A DNA stretch of 51,820 nucleotides, from the NCBI RefSeq assembly GCF_006345805.1, contig NW_021834214.1:1-51820 (forward strand). Reading direction: 5' to 3'. Both the position numbers and the translations under genes were made by a program. Origin of the DNA: Octopus sinensis. Its lineage: Eukaryota. The notes under the pieces are model-generated. The model saw only the letters and a program-made list of their open reading frames with translations. It was not told where the DNA came from and ran no database searches. How positions within the stretch are numbered: the first letter of the stretch is position 1; the number at the start of each line of letters is the position of its first letter. This document shows positions 1 through 13,428 of this stretch, in pieces.

Positions 1-108
1 CACTCACAAGGCATTGGTCGACGGGGCTATAGCAAAGACACTTGCCAAGTTGCCACGCAGTGGGACTTAACCCGGAACCATGTGGTTGGTTAGCAAGCTA
101 CTTATCAC
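1..108 (-). mobile_element. tRNA-derived SINE, family A (ggcgcaggagtggctgtgtggtaag... type), 5' part truncated by window edge
   Basis: Matches the 5' half of about 12 other copies in the window. Probably one of the published octopus OK/OR1/OR2 SINE families; which one cannot be assigned from sequence alone. Confidence 0.85.
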
Positions 109-1729
109 GCTCTGTGTCTATAACGGAAAAAATTTCTTCACTGATGACTCATATGTTTCATGAAACGAATCCCCATGTTGCAGATTGTACATCATATCAT
201 TAATGTTTTCAGAGAGCTCCATAAAATCTCTATGGATTAATTATAATACATGATACTATAGAGTAATAGAGTATACTTAAATCCACTCCGGGTTCCATGG
301 AGTATATTTAATACTTGAGTATCTATGGAGAGCCATGCAATTTACTGATAAGTGTGTTTGTGTGAGTGTGTGTTTCTGTGTGTGTATCACTGAGTGTTTT
401 TGTGTGAGCAATAATCCTGTTTAATTATATAAATGCAGGGAAAATTCGTTTTAATTCTATTTAAATATAATGTGCTTCTAAACAGCATTATATGTAACTT
501 GTAAGTTACATACAAAGATATATTTTTCTTTCTCTTCATCTTTTCCACAAATTAGAATTTTTCAAATATTTCTATAGCTATATTAGCTCATTACCGTAAA
601 ATATTTTATTTCAATATTTACTATGTTTTCGCCAAATTTCAATGTTTTTATTTTATTTTATTTCATTTTATTTTATTTCATTTTTTGTGTTATTGATATT
701 TACGTCGGTTCTTTTTCTGAAAGATTATTTAACATTTTCTTTTCCTACATAAAGAAAATAAACTTACTGACGTTTCGTCTTTCATCTCTGCTTTTAATGC
801 TAATTTCAGCTATTTTCTTACCTTCAAAGGACAGATATTTAAATACGAACTGCTTTCAATGTTTACGTTGTTTATTTATTTATCATTTATTTATTTATTT
901 ATTTATTTACTTCTTATATTTGTTTTGCACTTATGTTTGTTTTTTCCACTGACAGTTCTTTTTTGAAAACAAAACTGGACTTTCTTCTGAAGAAAATTAT
1001 TTTCTTATACGTATGCGTGTACACACACAAACATATATATAATATATGTATATTTTAATACACGCACAGGCAGACATATGTTCATATATTATATTATATA
1101 TATATATATATACATAAATAAATATATATATATATATATATCTATATATATATATACATGAATAACATATATATATATAATTAATATTTGTGTATGTTAG
1201 TAAACACACACACTTACATATACACCACACACACATATATTAATAGCGTATTCGCTATCTGTATTCTTAATACATAGCTTTTTAACATCTGAATCATATG
1301 CAGTTTATCAAAAACACTTCACAGCTGTTTATTCTCCATAGTTCCTAAAACATACACTCAATGTGTATATTGTGCAAGGGAGAGAGAATTTAGTTAATAA
1401 TTGTTATGAATATGAACGATTAGAGTAAGTGTAAGCCCCTCATATGAGTTTTCTACAAAATTATTATCTGTTGGTATTATCTCAATCGTATAATATCATG
1501 ATTTGAGGAAAATTTCATTAACTGTTATTACACAGCAATCGGTATACACGGATTCCTTTGGCGGGTTTTATATCTTAAAATGTACAACCAATGTGAAGAA
1601 TGGCAATGCTCTTAGTAATTATGACTTGTAATTTTAAGCTGAAATTATGATTTCAAATCTTGGCACATGGCCAGTAAGGGACACGTCGTTTACAACGGGT
1701 CCAATCCTCAATTGGAATCGTTGCAATAA

Positions 1730-2146
1730 GGCGGCGAACTGGCAGAAACGTTAGCATGCCGGAGGAAATGCTAAGCGGTATTTCGTCTGCTGTTACGTTC
1801 TCAGTTCAAAATTCCGCCGAGGTCGACTTTGTCTTTCATCCTTTCGGGGTCGATAAATTAAGTACCAGTTACGCACTGGCGACGATGCAATCGTCTTAAT
1901 CCCTTTGTCTGTCCTTGTTTGTCCCCTCTGTGTTTAGCCCCTTGTGGGTATTAAAGAAATAGGTATTTCGTCTGCCGTTACGTTCTAAGTTCAAAATTCC
2001 ACCGAGGTCGACTTTGTCTTTCATTCTTTCGGGGTCGATAAATTAAGTACCAGTTACGCTCTGGGGACGGTGTAATCGACTTAATCCCTTTGTCTGTCCT
2101 TGTGTATCCTCTCTATGTTTGACCCTTGTGGGCAATAAAGAAATAA
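1730..2146 (+). mobile_element. tRNA-derived SINE, family B (ggcggcgagctggcagaaacgttagc... type), head plus two 185-bp body units
   Basis: A-box-like tggcagaaacgttagc and B-box-like gttcaaattcc; the body unit starts at 1777 and again at 1962. Confidence 0.9.
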
Positions 2147-2637
2147 GTCTCCAATGCTCTGTTGGTTCTTACTTTATTGACTCTGAAAGCATAATAGGCA
2201 AAATTGAAGTCGGTGGACTTTGAACTAAGAAAGTTAAGTCGGACAAAATGCCGTTAAGCACTTATTAGTGTGGATATTTATGGGCCCTGCAGTTGTGGGA
2301 GAGTTCAATATTACCGAGATAGCTACAAATCCGAAAGATAGTTGAATAAAAAAGCATAAGTTTCAATATTGATGTTTAGTGATTGTGTGGAAGTTGTAGT
2401 ATGTTAGTTCGATCCCTAGAGCGAATGATCTAAAACCGTCACTAACACTGAGGCTGTATAGCGCTGGATTTTTTCTGGGAAGCTTTGGAATTGAAAATGA
2501 TTTTAAAATATGTTTGTTCTATTTCTCTGACAAGCCTGGACAGATTGTTAAACTATGTTAACTATTATTGTTCTTGAAACATACGACATGTCTTAGTTAA
2601 CGAACAATGACAGAGTTCTGAAAGCATTCATAATACT

Positions 2638-3057
2638 TTACTTATTTCCTTACTGCCCACAAGGGTCTTCACAAAGATGGGACAAACAAGGACAGACAAA
2701 CGGATTAGGTCGATTATATCGACCCCAGTGCGTAACTGGTACTTATTTAGTCGACCCCAAAAGGATGAAAGGCAAAGTCGACCTCGGCGGAGTTTGAACT
2801 CAGAACGTAGCAGCAGACGAAATACCTATTTCTTTACTACCCACAAGGGGCTAAACGCAAAGAGGACAAACAAGGACATACAAACGGATTAAGTGGATTA
2901 TATCGACCCCAGTGCGTAACTGGTACTTATTTAATCGACCCCAAAAAGATGAAAGGCAAAGTCGACCTCGGCGGAATACGAATTCAGAACGTAACGGCAG
3001 ACGAAATACCTTTAAGCATTTGGCCAAGCGTTCCAACGTTTCTGCCAGTTCCCCGCC
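2638..3057 (-). mobile_element. SINE family B, dimeric body
   Basis: Reverse complement of the family B consensus with two body units. Confidence 0.9.
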
Positions 3058-3766
3058 TTAAATATTTAAATACATAATACTTTTCTGTGAACTTGCTGGC
3101 CTTGCAACAAGATTTGAAATCATTACCTAGAATATTGCCTTGAAGATATATTTATGTAAATTTTGTAAATATACCTGTTAAATAAGTCTCCTCTAGCAAA
3201 TCTATTGTACATGAAGCGACACATCGAAACCACCTGCAAACGATGGACAAAAATGTATAAAACGCTGATATTTCGCTTACAAAATAACTGCAGCTAGAGA
3301 CACACATCACAGCTAATTTCAAAGCACTAGAAAAACTGAAGGACCACTGCAATATGTGGGGGATTCGGAGAAGGGAATATGTTGAGTAAAATCATTATTA
3401 AATGATCCGCTTTTATTTTCTTTTACCCACAGCAAAGAAGATTCAAGATTCTCTCTCTCCCTCTCTCTTTCTCTCTCTCTCTCTCTAACGATATACATAT
3501 ATATATATAAATAATTTAGAATTAGTACGAAGCATGAGGATGCGGGTAGCTTCAACCTGTTTAGTAACAAGAGATAAAGTCCCACTTCATCTACCTATAT
3601 TTTTGCTGGTAATATTATCAATTTAACAAAATTAGCATCTTGTTTGGACAGTAAATATTCGAATATTTTGCTCATATATATATATATATATATATATAAT
3701 ATAATTCGAGACGAAACCACTATTTTAAAACCAAACAAGGAAAGATTTAATCAATACATAAAATTT

Positions 3767-3810
<44 letters not shown>

Positions 3811-4191
3811 CAAATAGATAGATAGTTATATAGATATGTAAGTACATAGACTGTTTGATATAGATATAGGTACAAATATATAGATGATGCATACTATGCA
3901 TAATCTCATATGCATATATATGTGTTTGTGTGTGTGTGTTTGTACTATTATTATTTTACTATTCTCTGTTATACAGAAAGCGGAGGTACTAATCGGAGAC
4001 GTTTTACCGAACTTCTTGTAAAAACGTCTCATTTTATGATCAGCTTCATTCTACTTTATTCCATGTAATATTTTATAAATTGGTTTTGAAAATTATTGAT
4101 TCACGGATTCGTATTTTTACCGAAATCTGACAGGAGATAAGATCTGACTGATATTCTGCTTATTTTGTATTCTCACCTTATAATATATATT

Positions 4192-4629
4192 ACTCTTTTA
4201 CTCTTTTATTTGTTTCAGTCATTTGACTGTAGCCATGCAGGAGCACTGCCTTTAGTCGAGCAAATAGACCCCCAGGGACTTATTCTTTGTGAGCCTAGTA
4301 CTTATTCTATCGGTCTCTTTTGCCGAACCGCCTTGTTACGGGGACGTAAACACAGCAGCATCGGTTGTCATGCGATGTTGACACACACACACACATAATA
4401 ATATATATATATAATATATATATAATATATATATATATAATATATATATATATAATATATATGTACGACGGACTCTTTCAGTTTCCGTCTACCAAATCCA
4501 CTCGCAAGGCTTTGGTCAGCCCGAGGCTATAGTAGAAGACACTTGCCCAAAGTGCCACGCAGTGGGACTGAACTTCGAACCATGTGGTTGGTAAGCAAGC
4601 TACTTACCACAACAGCCACTCCTACGCCT
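4192..4629 (-). mobile_element. SINE family A, near full length with internal (TA)n/(CA)n tract
   Basis: Complete head (ccactcctacgcct at the right end), CORE-like ccttgggcaagtgtctt segment and (aaagagta)n-type tail. Confidence 0.9.
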
Positions 4630-4952
4630 TAAATACTTAATGCAAGAAACTTTGTCAAACGAGATATCCCTTTGAAATGACAAACCATAGAAATATTTCC
4701 TTACTGCAAATATTCAGAACTATATGGAATGAAAATGTAGGCGTCGCTATGGAACTGACATAATATTAAAACTGAAATCCCAGATATTCAAAGTTTTCTT
4801 AACAATGCTTAGAATTTAGCTGTGATGTTTGCGTGTTCCTTGTAGTAGTTTTCGTTTGTTCTTTGCGAGCGAAATATCAGCGTTTTATAGTTTTGTCCAG
4901 TGGTTTCGATTTGTCTATTCATCTAAAATAGATTCGCTTGAGGGGAAAGTGT

Positions 4953-5200
4953 TTAACCTACTTGTACCTGTGTCCTATTAACGGAAGGTGAAGCAAAGTA
5001 GGTGCAATATTTTCTCGAGAGATAACAGTAAACTAAAGCTTTTAATCTTGTCTGCTTTTCTTTATACGTCATTCGCCTGAACGTACTGACAACTTCCTGA
5101 TCACGCGTTATTCTGAGGCGTTTTATGTTGTTTTGAACAGTGGCAATCCATTGCTTCCTTCCGTATTCTTCCGAGATATTGTCATAATTTCTGTATCCTT
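4953..5200 (-). mobile_element. Decayed CR1/L2-like LINE reverse transcriptase C-terminal remnant
   Basis: Translation EEYGRKQWIATVQNNIKRL...VVSTFRRMTYKEKQTRLKAL...LSRK resembles by eye the CR1-type pattern LEY..QVW.P..+.DI..LE.VQRRATK+V...R.+SY.ERLK.L...L.+RR. Confidence 0.5.
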
Positions 5201-5347
5201 TTCCTTTTGTTGCTTTCTCTGTTTTCAATATTGGCAACGGTAGAGTTTGTACTAATATTAGTCGGTGCTTTCATTTTTTCTTTCTCTTTTTCGCCACTAC
5301 TAGTGCTATTGCTAACAATGTTTATAACAATGTTTTATAACAATGTT

Positions 5348-5737
5348 TTAGCAGTATCGCCCGGCGTTGCTCGGGTTTGTAAGGAAAATAACTATACAGA
5401 ATTTTTAGTGAGTTATAGCCAAAAGTAGCAAAAAAATGCATTAAAAATGGAAAAAATATGATGGTAAATTTTTTTTTAAATCGTTGACTCATCGTAGACA
5501 TTTTTAGAGAGTTACTTCCCTTTAAAAAAATATGCATGAAAATGGAAAAAAATGGCAAATTATTTTTAAAATCGTAGACTCATCGTAGACGCGCGCTAAT
5601 ACCCAGAAGGGCTCGATATGAATCACGACTATAAGATACCCGGTTTTGGTTACACTGCACCGCAAAATGTGGGAGTAGTTAGGAATCAAATAGGAAGGGG
5701 ACAGACACTCACACAACTACAGTTTTATATATATAGA
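5348..5737 (-). mobile_element. Non-autonomous Helitron (subfamily H2)
   Basis: On the minus strand it begins TC-tatatatataaaa and ends cccgagcaacgccggg (hairpin)-cgatactg-CTAA. The interior is homologous to 24727-25031 and contains a short internal duplication. Confidence 0.8.
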
Positions 5738-6159
5738 TAATATTAAACTCTGCAAGCTAACATTAGAAACCTCCTCGATTGTTGGTCACACAGCCTACTT
5801 CATCAAGGGAACTACTCACTCATGATATCACAAACTATTCCATGTAAAATATGGGTACACAGAGGAAAGATCTGCACAAACTGTATATGTGTGGTATGAA
5901 GTTTCTTTCCAAACCACATGGTTCCGAATTCACTCCCACTGCTTGTGTGTGTGTGTTGATGGATCCTTAGCTACTACACACATATTTTTCTCTCCTTGTT
6001 TCTCTCCTTGTTTTTTCGGTGTCCCTTTCTGTAGAAGAGCGTAGGCTCAAAACGTAAAATACTTTTTCTATTCCTGAGCGCTATACTACTAAATTTGTTT
6101 GTTTTGTACACCACCTGTCTTCGTCTTTCGCTTTTTTTCGTAAACTTTCCCTTTATATA

Positions 6160-6172
6160 TATATGTACACAT

Positions 6173-6205
<33 letters not shown>

Positions 6206-6278
6206 CACATACACACACATATGTATATACATATACACACACAGACACACACATATGTATATACATATACACACACAG

Positions 6279-6309
<31 letters not shown>

Positions 6310-6667
6310 CATACATATATACACACACACAGACACACACACACACACATATATATACATATATACACACACAGACACACACACATATATATACATATAT
6401 ATATATACACACACACACATATATATATATACATATATACACACACAGACACACACACACATATATATATACATATATACACACACAGACACACACACAC
6501 ACATATATATATACATAATACACACACAGACACACACACACACATATATATATACTATATACACACACAGACAACACACACACACATATATATATACATA
6601 TATACACACACAGACACACACACACACACCACATATATATATACATATATACACACACAGACACACA

Positions 6668-6731
<64 letters not shown>

Positions 6732-6745
6732 CGCATATATATATC
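6160..6745. repeat. Compound (CA)n/(TA)n higher-order micro/minisatellite
   Basis: Recurring ...atatatacatatatacacacacagacacacac... units. Confidence 0.95.
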
Positions 6746-6908
6746 GATAGCAGTGCTCAACTGATACCTATATTATAGACCCCGAAATGTAAGTTAAAAT
6801 ATGATGTTGTAACAGGCTGGATTCGAAATGAGTATGTTAAGACGGACGAAATGTCACTAAGCATTTCGCCCAGCGTTGTAACGATTCTACCAACTCATCG
6901 CTTTAACT

Positions 6909-6913
<5 letters not shown>

Positions 6914-6954
<41 letters not shown>

Positions 6955-7110
6955 TAATAATAATATTGAAAATAATGAAAATATACGAACGACAAAGGCA
7001 GCAGCAGTAGAAGTAGTAGTGGTAGTAGTAGTAGTAGTATAGCAGCAATAATAATAGTAATGGAAATATTTATAACGACAACAACAACAACAACAGTAGT
7101 AGTAGTAATT

Positions 7111-7141
<31 letters not shown>

Positions 7142-7188
7142 TGGTGATGATTATGAAATGTTTGACGATATAATCTCGTATCGTTAGT

Positions 7189-7230
<42 letters not shown>

Positions 7231-8235
7231 TAATTATTATTATTATTATTATTATTATATTCTTGTTCTGCGATATTGTATCATACTCCGCCTACGTTAT
7301 CTTAAATACAACATGCCGCACCAATAATAATATTGACAAACAGAAATTTTAGTGAATTACTTGTGTAGTGATATGAAACAATATTATGAGAAGCAACTTG
7401 TTCAAATGAAATATATAAAGCTAAAATATACAGTGTCTCGGAACGATGTGTACTGAGAAAACTGGAGCGATAAACAATGGCTGCAAAATGTATATCTAAA
7501 ATCTAGTACAGGTGAAGAAAACAGTGATTTCTATAAGTTAACAGTTCTGTGGCGTGTAAATATTATTTAAGACTCTTTCTTTTCTGCCTTATGTTTAAGC
7601 TGAGTATTAGTATAAATTTCGAGGAAACGGCTCGTTGTGTATTTGGTATAAGAATTAAAAGCGAAAGGATATAGCGTATCAAATTTCCAACAAGGAAATT
7701 CTCACACGGCAAAATTTTAGATTGTAGGAAAACAGCCATCGGCTTCAGCACCAATCCACTACCAAATCCACCACCACCACCACCAACAACAACAATAACA
7801 CTACTATCACCGTTACCAACGTCACTTACTAACACAACTGATGCAGCTACTACGAGCATTGAAGATGCCAATTATGATGCTCCTCCCGTCCCTCACCCCT
7901 CCACCTCCCACCTTCCCCCTCTTTCTATCCCTCCCCACCCCTCTATCTATCACTCCCCCTTTCCTACTACTACTATTACTGCTGCTGCTACAGCTATTTC
8001 TACCACCACCACCACCAACAACACCACCACCATTAACACTATTACTACTACTACTCCTACAACTAATAATAATAATAATGATAATAATGTTAATAATAAT
8101 AATAATAATAATGTATACAATAATAATAATAATAATACGACTGATGCTGCTGCTACTTCTGCCACGACCAACAGCACCAAAACTATTACTACTACTACTA
8201 TTACTACTACTGCTGCTGCTAATGTTAAAATAATG
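6914..8235. repeat. Trinucleotide microsatellite block (AAT, GTA, ACA, CAC, ACT, GCT)
   Basis: Directly visible tracts, interrupted by unique sequence at about 7260-7760. Confidence 0.9.
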
Positions 8236-10216
8236 AAAATAAAGATCTCTCAAGTTGGCATGAGATTACAAATTAAGGTTAAACGATATAGCCGATTATA
8301 TTAATACACTTCAGAAGACTGGCATTATGCCGATCCAACGCCCTAATAATAATAATAATAATAATAATGGCACAAGGCCACCAATTTCGGGAGAGGGAAG
8401 ATAAGTCAATTACGTAGAAACCATGGATGAAAGGTAAAAACAATCACGGTGGATGCAAAGACGGACGAAATGCCGCTAAGCATTTTTACGTCGAGCCTAT
8501 TATTCTTCAAGCCCGAATAATCTTCGTATTATTTAGGCACAAAACAATCAATTTTTGAAGGAAAGCAATTCGACGCCAATACATCACTACTACTTTCTTT
8601 CAGGGTAACCGATGGAATGAGACGCAAATTTTACACTAGCGGGGTTTGATTCACGAATGTAACGGCTCTAAATTGATAACGCAATGTATATTCCCACTCA
8701 CTAACGACTTTTCTAATATAACAACTGTACTAATTTCTCTCATAAACACACGAAAGTGGTTTTAGCTCGGGGGAAAATTGATTATATCCACTCCACTAAT
8801 TGACTAGTGTTTCAATTTATTCACATTCCAAGGAAGCAAAGCAGAGAAGACTCCAATAACATTTGAATTTATATCAAATAAAGGCTTCAAAATTTGCACA
8901 ATGCCAACAATTTAGGGGGTGTGCTTATGTGGATTGCATCGGCCTCAGTGCTCAACTGGTAGATATTTTTTTTTTGATCCAGAAAGAATTAAAAGCAATG
9001 TCGACATCGATAGAATTTCAACTCACACCCTTATGACGGGCGAAATGGAGATAAGCATTTTGCTCGGCGCGGTGACAATTCTGCCTGCACACCGCCTCAG
9101 TTATATTATGAATAACATTAATGTGGTTCACGGTAGTGATTTAGCCCTGTGAATCAACCGTGCTTCATCGTAAGTAGAAGTATATTTCAAAAATTTTAGT
9201 ATGTGTTTTTTTACATAAACAACAAAATACATTTTTCAGGAACCGACTGAAACTTTTGCGGTTCGTCTCTTCGATGACCTTATTAGGGTTTTGCTTGTAT
9301 CGCGAAAATGGAAGTAATTCTTGGATGTTCGATTCTTTCTCGTGTAGTTATTTTCCTAGAAAATACATTTTCTCTTCGCTGTTGTGTAGCCGGGAGGACC
9401 ACTGATTTTTTTTTTTTTTTACTCTTCATGGCATCGTTCACAGTAACGGATATAGAATATTTCGAATTCCAGACTAAAGTGTTGTTCCTGGCGTTAACTT
9501 TGGATCAACAATCTCAATAATTTTTTTCTTGTTGGTTTGGTGTTGATCGATTTTCTATGCAGAAAACTTTTAGATATAGCACGTAGGTGGTGTACGTCGA
9601 ATGCTGAGTTTTAAAGTCAGCACGATGTATAGGATATATTAATAATAATAATAATAATAATAATAAACATGTGAGAGCGATAAGAGAACACCGGGAAAGT
9701 TTAACTTGGTGAGCGATAAAATATTGTTCCGAAATCTATACAAAAACATCAGGAATATTTACAACAAACGGAGCCTAAATTAACTGACAAACTTTTGAAC
9801 TATATCCGCGTAATTAATGCTCATTAAAATTTATTTCTATTTTCCGAATGAAACTATGTATTTTAAGTCTGTGTCACCTCCATCACTCGCACAACACATG
9901 TAAATACGTTCGCAACACAGAGAAAGTGCTGGACTATACTAGAGTAAGTAATACTCATTAAAAGTACTAGACCATATCTCTGTAAGTACATAATGGTCTA
10001 TATCCGGTTAAGTACGCATCACGAACACGTAAGTACGTTAAATAATTAATTACGTATACAATCTCGTTTTACATGGATATATTTTAATACTTCAAAATAG
10101 CATTAAGTATTATATAAACAGGCGCACGGCACACACACACACACACACACACATAAGCGAACCGAATAAAAACAAACGACAAAGACTAGGCATTATTGAT
10201 CACAAAAGCATTAAAC

Positions 10217-10267
<51 letters not shown>

Positions 10268-10269
<2 letters not shown>

Positions 10270-10583
10270 CGTGATCACTATGATCACCGTGACCGCCCAG
10301 GCTATCAGATGTTGCTACACATCGCTGGTCACAATGCGCTTCGAATTTTTTTAGCCTTGAAATCACGCCACCCCGCTGGCTAAGCGAGCAGGCCAACAGA
10401 AGAAGGAGTGCGAGAAAGTTGTGGCGAAAGTGTACAGCAGGGACCGCCACAAAACCCTGCCAGGGCTTCGTGGAGCTTTAGGTGTTTTCACTCAATAAAC
10501 ACACACAACGCACGGTCTGGGAAACGAAACCGCGATCCTACGACCGCGAGTCCGCTGTTCTAACCACTGGGCCATTGGGCCTC

Positions 10584-10584
<1 letters not shown>
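10268..10584 (-). mobile_element. tRNA-derived SINE, family C (ggaggcgcaatggcccagtggttag... type)
   Basis: A-box tggcccagtggtta and B-box gtttcgtttccc; homologous to 27875-28147. Confidence 0.85.
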
Positions 10585-10614
<30 letters not shown>

Positions 10615-11353
10615 CACACACCAGTTAGTCGCTAATATTCGAATCGCTGACACAAACCTTTAGCGTCGTGGCGGTTATAAGCTGATGTGACCTAATTCGC
10701 AAAGTGCTTATTGACATAGTTATAAGCGCCTTGGTAAGCAGATAACGCGCAGTGTAACGCTACTTAAACCGTCAGGCATATTTCTGAGCTATTATTCTCC
10801 ATTGTCAAAAGAAAAAAAAATTACAATAGCTTAAACTGTATCTTTGGCACAAGAAGGGTTTGGTTAATATTAAAATGATTTGAACTATACTCTTTGTACC
10901 TCTTCATTTTGTTGCTAACCGTGTCACTGAACACGTTTCTATTAATGTTATTATCTGTCACAAAAGTCATTACTATTTCAGTACTGAATGTAAATAGATT
11001 TCATGTTTTATATGTTTTATGTTTGGTTTTGTATCCATTTCACTTCAATTTGGTCGGCAGTGTACTTCTGGCATCGAGCCATCTACTTTGAACGTAAACA
11101 AAATGAAATTATGTCAAAAATTTTGAAAACCTGGCAGATTTTTACAATCTCCATTGGTATGAAGTAATGCAAGAATAATTCCGGAAGCATTCGGTAGAAA
11201 AAGATTTTTCGAAAAACATGTTGAAATTTTCAGATGGTTACAAATAAGAAATTCAAATTTCACGGAAGTAATTGTAAGAATTAGAACAGTAGAAAAGAAG
11301 AAAAAACATTTCAGCAAAAATATACATGCCATTCCAGGTTGTATAAATTTAAA

Positions 11354-11765
11354 GGCGCAGGAGTGGCTGTGTGGTAAATAGCTTGCTTCCCAACCACATG
11401 GTTCCGGGTTCAGTTCCACTGCGTGGCATCTTGTGCAAGTGTCTTCTACTATAGCCTTGGGCCGACCAAAGACTTCTGAGTGGATTTGGTAAACGGAAAC
11501 TGAAAGAAGCCTGTCGTATATATATATCTATATATATATGTATATATATATGTGTGTGTTTGTGTCTGTGTTTGTCCCATCAACATCGCTTGATAACCGA
11601 TGCTGGTGTGTTTACGTTCCCGTAACTTAGCGGTTCGGCAAAAGAAACAGATAGAATAAGTGCTAGGTTTACAAAGAATAAGTCATGGGGTCGATTTGCT
11701 CAGCTGAAGGCGGTGCTCCAGCATGGCCACAGTCAAATGACTGAAACAAGTAAAAGAGTGAAAAG
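11354..11765 (+). mobile_element. SINE family A, full length
   Basis: Head, central microsatellite and 3' tail all present. Confidence 0.9.
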
Positions 11766-12329
11766 TAGTCCAAAATATTACATTTGTAGGTGCAGAGGAG
11801 GGACCCTGCAAACACTTTCAGTTTTTATACTCCAGCGTATATAAATACAACACACGCACTAGCGCCCAACAAGAATGATAGAATAGACACTCCTACGTAA
11901 GAATTACTCTATAATATAACGCTACTACTTGAAAGTTGTTGCAGCGCATTAATGCCATGGAAAACTCACAAACCTAACTAATCACAATGCCAGTTTGGCT
12001 CTGAAACACATAAGACCAGAGGCGTAACAAATCCTAGCCATATTCACAAAACCATATATAGTGCATTGCACATTCTTTCCTCCTGTATATTCACATTCTC
12101 ACCAATCACTGATTAGACAAACGTTACATCAATTCGTCAAGTACTTACAGAATGGGTTCTTTAAACGGGCGATACCTTTGGATTGTATACACAACTCCAG
12201 CGAATCATCGATTGATGTTGAATGCAGGTTGGATCGCCCTCGATGATATCTGTATATTACTGTAGTTTGAACGCGGTTCGTTATATATTCTAAATAGTGA
12301 CACTACATGATATAGCCTGGATAGGGGAA

Positions 12330-12645
12330 TGCCTGTGGCTTAGTTGCTAACGCATTCGGCTCACGAACCTACGGGCGTGATTTCAATTCCCGACGGCGTG
12401 CCGTGTCCTTGTGCAAGACATTTTATTTCCCGTTGTTCCAGTCTACTTAGCAGGCAAATAATGAATCATATTTGCATTTCAAAGGCCTCTCTTATCCCAT
12501 CATGTGCCATGCTGAATATCTCTGAGAGCTTCGTTATGCGTACCGGTGACTGTGGGGTGCTCCGCCACTTGCACGTTAATTTCACAGGGAGGGTGTTCCA
12601 TTGACCGTGTCAACTGGAATACTCGCCGCTGTAATCAACAGGGTG
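12330..12645 (+). mobile_element. Older tRNA-derived SINE (family E) with CORE-like segment
   Basis: A-box-like tggcttagttgctaa, B-box-like atttcaattccc, then gtgtccttgtgcaagacattttattt (CORE-like). Confidence 0.6.
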
Positions 12646-13289
12646 CAAGCTAGTACACTAGTTCCACGTACATCTATATTTGATAACAAGTATTCGCTAG
12701 TGTCTCCTATATTTTTGATACTTAACACACTTAAATTCATTGTTACAGACTTACAACGAAACATTCGCCATTGTTTCTTCTCCTACTCGGGATCTTAATT
12801 CTTTCAAGCCAGAACACATTATCATGCATTCACATGAAATAATTAACATTATTATTATTATTATTATTATCATTATTATTATCATACTATACCGCATCTT
12901 TCTCATAATTCCTCATTATCAATTTATCATCAGCCTTATCTCTAAATAATATTGTTTACATTATTTTCACACCCTCATAAATCTTCAGCATGAAATACCG
13001 TCAGTAATAATGAAACTTCAATTACGTAGGCCTACAAGCATCCATGTTATACAGTTACAAGTTGATTGAATATTACATTGGTACAAAAGAATAGATATTA
13101 AGAAAAAATATATTTAACAGAAGTACGCAATACATTGTTTATTCATACGCTTTCAGTAAACCATAATTACTCCTCGGTGAAAAAAAAAAGAGAAACAATA
13201 CGATTATTTAACATTTACATAATTATCTGTTTAGAATTCTTGAAATTAATTACATTCCGCACGAATTCCTGTAAAAACAATACAAATAC

Positions 13290-13383
13290 ACACAGACAAA
13301 CACACAGATATATATGCATATATATACACATACACATGCGCACAATTATATATATATATATATTCATACATACACATGTATAT

Positions 13384-13428
<45 letters not shown>

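Noticed and set aside
141-172. ctgatga...gaaac hammerhead-like core
   Set aside because: Stem II does not pair at the core-closing positions and no stem I partner exists; only a 12-bp palindrome gtttcatgaaac is present.
7600-7730. FQQGNSHTAK, resembling the Tc1 FQQDNAPSHTAK motif
   Set aside because: Single short motif without supporting flanks; too weak to annotate.
9284-9502. 73-codon open minus-strand frame (...MKSKKKKKSVVLPATQQRREN...)
   Set aside because: No recognisable domain and weak splice signals; such lengths occur by chance in this window.
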